A stretch of DNA of 64,000 nt from Azolla caroliniana (taxonomy: Eukaryota > Plantae > Polypodiophyta), in contig JBHGNT010000001.1 of NCBI GenBank assembly GCA_043228905.1, positions 3,782,001 to 3,846,000 of the forward strand, given 5' to 3'. Of the stretch, positions 57,002 through 64,000 are shown in pieces. Under the pieces are notes generated by a model. It was not told where the DNA came from and did not search any database. It saw only the letters and a program-made list of their open reading frames with translations. A program made the position numbers and the translations under genes. Positions within the stretch are counted from its first letter, which is position 1, and each line of letters opens with the position of its first letter.

Positions 57002-58384
57002 GTCAAAAATAAGTGACCATATTTGGCCAGATGCTCTCGCATTGCAATGATCCCACATGATTCAATGCTTCTTCATCTTGCCCATATTGAATATTTCTTG
57101 TTATAATTGTGTTCCAACAAGTCACATCTCTAACTAGAAATCCACTAAAAATCTCTTGTGCTTGAGTGAGTCCAACACAGTTGGTATACATGTCCACCAA
57201 TACATTGCCTACCATAAAATTATTCCTTACCAATGGCTAGACAACTCTTAAGATGCAAAAATAAGTGTCCATATTTGGCAAGATGCTCTCGCGTTGCACT
57301 AATCATCACATTGCAATGATCCAAAACGATTCAATGCCTCGAGTTACATTTTCTTTATAGAATCAACATGACCCTTTTCAGCATATCCCGATATCAAAGC
57401 ATTCCAAGAGACCACATTCACTGTTTTTGTGCTTTTTCAAGCTTGCCACATATAACATACATGTCCACCAAAACATTCCCAAGCTCAATATTGTTTCCTA
57501 ACAACCGCTTACTCATGATTTCGTTGTGACTTTCTATGCCTGTCAACCACTGCTACACTGCCACACGCCTTTAGCAAACTTACAAAGGTGATTACATCTA
57601 GAGAAAGACCACCATTTTGCATTTGTTCAAAAAGATTCAATGTTGCATGGCCAAATCTATACTAGTAATATCCTAAAATTAGTGCATTCTTAAAAGCCAC
57701 AACCCAAACCGGAAGCCCCTTGAGCACTTTCTGTGTTTTTCCTCTATGTAAAGTCCCTTGGAATGTAAGTGATTGTATTTGGCAAGAGGTGATCACACTG
57801 CATCCTCTTGAAATAAGTTTTAGCTTTGCTTCCTTCCCCTCGCAAATAAACCACATTCAGAATATATATAAAATAATGCATTGCCAAGAATTGTCTCTTC
57901 CCTTGTTTATAGATTGAATCATGCTACAAACTTTCAACATACAAGAAAATGTGTTGGCGTTGCATATTTACAAAATAGCTTAGAACTTTCTTGGTTCACC
58001 ATATACTGAACCTCTTCAACATAACCATACTCGGCATATTCAGAAATCAATGCAATCCAAGAGACTACTTTTCTAACTAGTGGTCCTACTCAACATACCT
58101 CTTTGCTCATAGCCTCAAAACACAGAAGATGAGGGCCATATGGCATCATTCTAGCCGCTTCCATTACTTTGTCCAATTCACCTACACATCTACGACAGAA
58201 CCATCATCAATGTATGAGTTGTGGATGCATGTGCGTGTGACTTCGTCCGGTTTGAATCCATCCAAAACCATTTTTCAAAACAAAGTGAATCACTCATGAA
58301 CGACGACCAAGTCTTTTAAAGCCTTAAATCATCTTAAATCATGAAAACCACATCTTGAAGATTTGAAGAACAATGACCAATCCT

Positions 58385-59050
58385 CCTCTATTTTCCACAT
58401 TCAACGTACACACAGTAGTTGCATCTTGAGACGCAATCCTTCTTCAACCTGCTCATGGTTAACAACACATAAGACCTGCTACCAAATGTATACATCCTAA
58501 TACAACACCTTTTGACAATTCATCTCCACTCATCCTCCCCAGAAAAATGAGAAAACCACTCCCCTAGTTTGAAAAGTAAACAAAACATAATCTAGCCTCC
58601 CTGTCACTCCCTAGAACTACTTCAACATCCTTTAACATCATCCATCTCGGCCACAAACACAAAGTAAAAGGGTTTTCCCATAAGAATGGCTTCCCCAAGC
58701 AAAGCCAAACCACTCTTCTATTTTCCACATTCAACGTACACAAAGTTGCTGCATCTTGAGACACTCTTCTATTTTCCACATTCAACCTACTCATAGTCAA
58801 CAACACATAAGACCTGCTACCAAATGTATACATCCTAATACAACACCTTTTGACAATTTGTCTCTACTCATCCTCCCCAGAAAAATGAGAAAACCACTCC
58901 CCCAAATTTGAAAAGTAAATGAAACATAATCTAGCCTCCTTGTCACTCCCTAGAATTGCTTCAACATCCTTTAACATCATCCATGTCTGCCACAAACACA
59001 AACTAAAAAGATTTTCCCATAAGGATGGCTTCCCCAAGAAGAGCAAAACC
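58385..59050. repeat. ~340-bp direct duplication with a short internal repeat
   Basis: AACAACACATAAGACCTGCTACCAAATGTATACATCCTAATACAACACC at 58461 and 58799. Confidence 0.85.
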
Positions 59051-59179
59051 AAACAACCTTAATGTTCTTATTCCCTCATCCTTCGCATCCCTCAGGTTAT
59101 GTCACTTGAATATAAGATTGGGTGCATAACAAATATTGACAACAATAGTAGCGTACAACTAATCTATCCAACATCCCTA

Positions 59180-59955
59180 TCATTCCATAAAAATGCTCCT
59201 CCTCCCTTATCATCATCCTTCTCAAACAAAAAATTATTATCTACTGTTCAAGTCTACAGATGACTTCCCCACCATTGAATAGTTGTAGTAAATGCTTCAT
59301 CCACCACCCTCCATCAACTACACAAGAAAATCTGTCAACCAATACGAAGTAAGTTATAATAAAAAAATATATAAAATAAACCTCCACATCACTCCATAGA
59401 AATGCTTCGTCCTCTCATAGCAACATCCACTCACTATCTAATCTAATAGTAAATAGTAACTGCTTCATCCACCATCAACATCTGTCCATGGTAACTGCCC
59501 AGCAGCATTGCGTCATAGTCCATTACGTACATAATAAAACCTGTCAAAAAGTATCAAACTCTACAAATTATGTTATAATAGAATATATAAATAACCTCCC
59601 TATCACTCCATAGCAATGTTTCGTCCTCCCATAGCAATATCCTTCTCCAACAAATAATAGAATTATTATGTTTTTCAAGTATACGGGTGACTTCCCCAAG
59701 CAAAGATGATCCATAAACCCCCTCACTATTTAGTCTCTAGTACTAAGAAATGCTTCATCCACCATCTCTCACAACACAATCATAGCAATGCTTCGTCCTC
59801 CCATAACAACATCCTTCTCCAACAAAAAATAATATTATTATGTTTTTCAAGTATACTGATGACTTCCCCAAGCAAAGATGATCCATGAACCCCCTAACTA
59901 TTTAGTCTCTAGTACTAAGAAATGCTTCATCCACCATTTGTCACAACACAATGAT
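59180..59955. repeat. Degenerate ~170-200 bp tandem repeats
   Basis: CATAG.AATG.TTCGTCCTC.CAT at ~59395, 59609 and 59781. TGACTTCCCCA at ~59260, 59688 and 59860. Confidence 0.75.
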
Positions 59956-60389
59956 GTCAAATACGTAGTTAGTGAGTATTGAACTTGCAACATCACATCT
60001 ACAAGACATCATGCTCATCCATCTGGATATGAGAATGTGTTTGTATATAATAAGAGTATTGTATATTCTAGTATATATACATTCCAGAATATTCTAGAGC
60101 TTTGAGTGTATTCTAGAAATATTCTATGGTGTATTCTAGACGGGTATATTCTAAAGATACTCAATCTCAGAACTTGTATAAATACTTGTAACCTCCTTGG
60201 TCCCTTTCAAGGGATTCAACACCAATCATGGACGTGCATCAATCGAGTATTCTCGTTTCACCCCATCTTGTCTCCTTGATCTTTATCTTTGTCTTTATGC
60301 TCTTGTGTCGTTCGCAACTTCTTAAGTTCCACGCTCTTAGCCCCATCATCCGTGCTTCTTCTTAGTCCTCGGTTGGTGTGTCCATGACA
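59939..60389. mobile_element. Probable older solo LTR (451 bp)
   Basis: TGTCA...TGACA termini, imperfect TSD CCATT/CCATC and TATAAATA at ~60177. Flanks rejoin to match the empty-site repeat at ~59470. Confidence 0.55.
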
Positions 60390-60479
60390 CCATCAACATT
60401 TGTCTAAGATAACTGCCCAACAACGGTACCTTGTAGTCCATCAACTACACATTGAAACATGTCAAAAAGTTAATTTGCC

Positions 60480-62245
60480 TTTGACAAATCCGAAGAGCCT
60501 GCTGAATCTAAACAAACATCAAACATCCCCCACGTAATGAAGACAATAATTGTTTTTTGTCCTCAAATTCGGGAGAAATTGAAACCGCTCCCAATCAACC
60601 ACACTTGTAGTTGGTCCTGAGTTCATTTTCCCCCACGATAAATGCGGCCTAATTGACCTAAAACAGAACTAGAGCTATCAGTAAACAAAAGATTCCATAG
60701 CAACGGTTGCCTTAGAAATTGGGCTTCTGTTCATGGCAGTTGAAATAGGAGAGTCTCTCTAATGTCCTTCCATGCCCTCAAAATACGTGTAAAAAATCTC
60801 CTAGAACCAACATTTTGAGCCTTAATTGGAAATTCTAAATTAAACAACCATCTAAAACTATCATGCCACTGTCCTCTTATGGTAGGCTTAATGTTGCGAA
60901 GATATAACAACCATAACTTTTTCCACAACTCATCCCTGGGCATAAATCCTCTCACAACATGTTTCGCAAGAAGAGGCTTACTCTAGAGCATAGGATCTAT
61001 TAAGTCCAGTCCGCCTTCACTTATTGGCCGGATTAAAACCGACCAAACAACTTTTGCAACAATCCTTGATCCCAGCGAAGCACCCCAAATAAAATTACAA
61101 ACTAAGCGTTGTAATTTTGATATAATAGAACGTGAAAATAACTAGGTTGACGCAACATACCACATTTATGCGAGCAAAACCAAGTTTGCCACAACTACCC
61201 TTCCTAGTAAAGACAAATTAGTTGTATCCCAATACAACAAAAACGGTTGTTACCATATCTTCTGTTGACAATTCTAACCCCACTTGACAACCCAAATACC
61301 TTATTGTTATACCTCGAGGTACCCAAATAAAACCTGGAGTTGGCACATCTTGTGGAGGAGAGGAAGATGTGACCCAAAGTCCCATGGACTTGTCCCAATT
61401 AATCAAAACTCCTAAATCATCACAAAAATTTGTTACCGCTTGTTGAAGATTCAACAAGTTCTCCTTTTCTGCAGAAACATATAAAGCAGTGTCAACAATC
61501 ATGGTTGTATATCCTTGTATAGGTAAGGTTATACCACGAATATCGACATTCCTACTCCTAAGGTAATCATAAAAAGCTTCAGAGACTAAAATAAACAAAA
61601 AGGGAGCCAACGGACACCCTTGTCTTACTGATTGTGAAATTGAAAATCTACAGCTAACATCACCTGCAAACAAAGGAGAACTATGAGCGGTCCTATACAA
61701 AGCCGCGACAGCCCTAATCCATTGCACTGGAAAGCCCATTCGCATTAATATCCCTTCCATGAAATCCCAATCCACTATGTGGTAAGCCTTCTCGAAATCT
61801 AAAAACAAAATAGCCAAATCATGTTGTTTTTGCTCTGCAATAGCCACCATTTCCCAAAACAAAAAAATGTTATAAAAAATACTTTTATCTTGAACAAAAC
61901 CCGTCTACGAATCATGAATTAGTTGAAGAAAAAAAGGTTGCACCCTCCTTGCTATTGTTTTAGCTAAAATCTTACACACAACATTAGGGTTATAGGCATC
62001 CATTTTCGAATATCATCCAGAGGGTCGTCCCCCTTTGGAATCAAATATATTAGGCCTTATGTCCATTCCTGAGGCATATAACCATGGTCAAAAATTTGTT
62101 GGTAGGCATAAGTCAAAACATTACCAATCATATCCCAATACTCTATATACCATGAAACCCCCATCCCATCAACACCTAGACCAACATCCTTACCTAAAGC
62201 CTTTGCTGCTAACAAAACTTCCGAAGGTTGCAACGAAGCAAGCAA
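60480..62245 (-). mobile_element. Degenerate LINE RT fragment of the same family as the large LINE
   Basis: LFLDFEKAYHIVDWDFMEG, SVRQGCPLAPFLF, YLGCQVGL, WHDSFRWLF. Frameshifted. Confidence 0.88.
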
Positions 62246-63018
62246 GCAACGAAGATCATGAGTATGTCTTACTATAACAATGGCATGTTCTTATATTAAA
62301 CAATTATGACCATAAAATGTGAAAGGCAACAATATTGGTCCAATTGCCCATTGTAATATGCACATAGGTAAATGTTTTGAGAGACAACATATGTTTTTGT
62401 TTTCAGAATAAATACCATCCTAACTTAGGTTGGATTGTCATCCATTGCACATGTCTCTGTACCATTGATTCAACTCATACAATATGGATATAGAGCAAAC
62501 TTATCTCTTTGTTTAGAATTCAAACCCCCATGGTTGCATTGCACATTCATGCATGTACTCGCACCTTCATGATCCAAACACAGTGAGTTATATCGTATTC
62601 ATTTACCAAGAGGATGACAACTCATGTGACCATCTTCATGTACATCTATCCTATTCCACCTTCGTGCATGGGATGCATATTATGTTTTTATTTTAGTTGA
62701 GCATATTTCATTTCTATTAGACATGTTTAGGTTCTTATTGTGCTTAGGTTTGAGTGATTGGTTTTGGAGGGCAATTTGTTCATTTTTACCCCCCTCAATT
62801 GCACATCCACTAAGCCCTCCTAGAGGGTAAAGAAGATCATCATAGTTTCATTGTTTGATATTGATGTACCCATTCACTCACATACCTTGAATGGAATGGA
62901 CAATGTTGCTTGTCCACTTGTGTTTTCCCAATGTTGAGATTGCTTCCAAGTTTGGATAAGGTCTCAACAATTTGTTTGATACCACCATTGCGTTATAAAC
63001 GAACCTTGAAAAGAGTGC

Positions 63019-63020
<2 letters not shown>

Positions 63021-63048
<28 letters not shown>
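63021..63048. repeat. (GA)n microsatellite
   Basis: Directly visible. Confidence 0.9.
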
Positions 63049-63052
<4 letters not shown>

Positions 63053-64000
63053 AAATGGTGAGCATACATGAATGGTAGATTGGATTAACAAAGAATGGGG
63101 AATCAAGAGGTCTACTGGTTGGTGGCAAAGAGTGATGCTATTATGTGGAAATATTGTATTCCTTTTTTAGCAAAGTTTTCATTTTGGTGGGTTATGGGGT
63201 AGGCGGATTGCCTCTACAAGTTGCTTTGTGACCATGGAATGCTTGTTTGGGCATGTCTTATTTTTTGCAGAGTTGTGGTTGCACGCATGCGCCATAGGTA
63301 CATTAGTTGTTTCACAATGATATCTATTTGAATATTTACATCAACAACATGGGCTTCTCTTAATAGGATATCAAAATCCCCTTTCCAAATGGATATTTAC
63401 TCAATGTGCTATTAGATTGCCCCACCCATAGTTTCAAATTGTGTTTTAGTTTCTCATACATTTTGACATAATTGGCATATGCATGGTTTTGTTTTCGGTG
63501 TTGAATATGGAGTTCAACGAGACATTCAAAGCTTAAAAGACATGTTACTATGGCAATTCTCTTTTGTTGGTTAGTCGTGATACAATAAATCATGTCCACG
63601 AATTATTTTGGCTATTACGTAACACGAAGAAATAGCTCCATCGAGTTGAATAAGCGATAAGGAATACAATGGGCAATCAGATGGGGTTTGCTCAATATTG
63701 CATCCCATACAATGGCAATTTATTTATTTATTTTCCAAAAAATATACAATGGCAATTAGATGGGGCTTGCTCGATATTGCATCCCATCTACCATACATGT
63801 TGTAATTAAGAGATTAGATTACATCATATTTTTTTATCAGAGAGAACATTCATTATGGAATCCTTTACACAACAACAATTCATGTGTAGGTATACCGTAT
63901 GATATGGCAATGAAACCTTGATTTTGCATAGTGAATGAAAGTGCCAACTCTACAAACCAACACATAAACCTTAACTCTATAGAGACAAAGGGAGAGTGTA

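Larger units (their letters stand above)
55600..58090 (-). pseudogene. PLS-PPR pseudogene with internal tandem repeats and a solo LTR
   Basis: Fragments LVDMYTNC, DVTCWNTII, VVSWNALISGYAE, DVITFVSLLKACG, VVSWIALISEY, broken by stops and frameshifts. Confidence 0.8.

Noticed and set aside
63660-63790. ~45-bp motif repeated about three times; a similar small duplication at 29305-29450
   Set aside because: Short local duplications with no further structure.

Overview
AT-rich eukaryotic plant genomic DNA. The PLS-PPR style and retroelement types suggest a fern or other non-seed plant (inference). The left part holds three intact genes: a spliced CHIP TPR/U-box E3 ligase (+, 5160-9140), an intronless PLS-E PPR gene (-, 11155-13401) and a spliced CDPK-related kinase (+, 16662-23415). 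Two PPR pseudogenes and several LINE/LTR relics follow. The centre (30010-52826) is a triple nest with all target-site duplications (TSDs) readable. A 5'-truncated L1-like LINE (8-bp TSD) is interrupted by Ty3/gypsy element A (792-bp LTRs, 4-bp TSD, tRNA-Trp PBS, candidate -1 frameshift GGATTTT-TAG plus pseudoknot). Element A is in turn interrupted by a very young Athila/Tat-like gypsy element B (420-bp LTRs, 5-bp TSD) that carries a ~900-aa extra coiled-coil ORF. The most unexpected signal is that all three host genes are preceded by tandem, degenerate copies of their own start-codon/N-terminal region (about 10 for CHIP, 4 for the kinase, about 3 for the PPR). Many CHIP and kinase copies keep an ATG and form short uORF-like frames. 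All alignments were made by eye.
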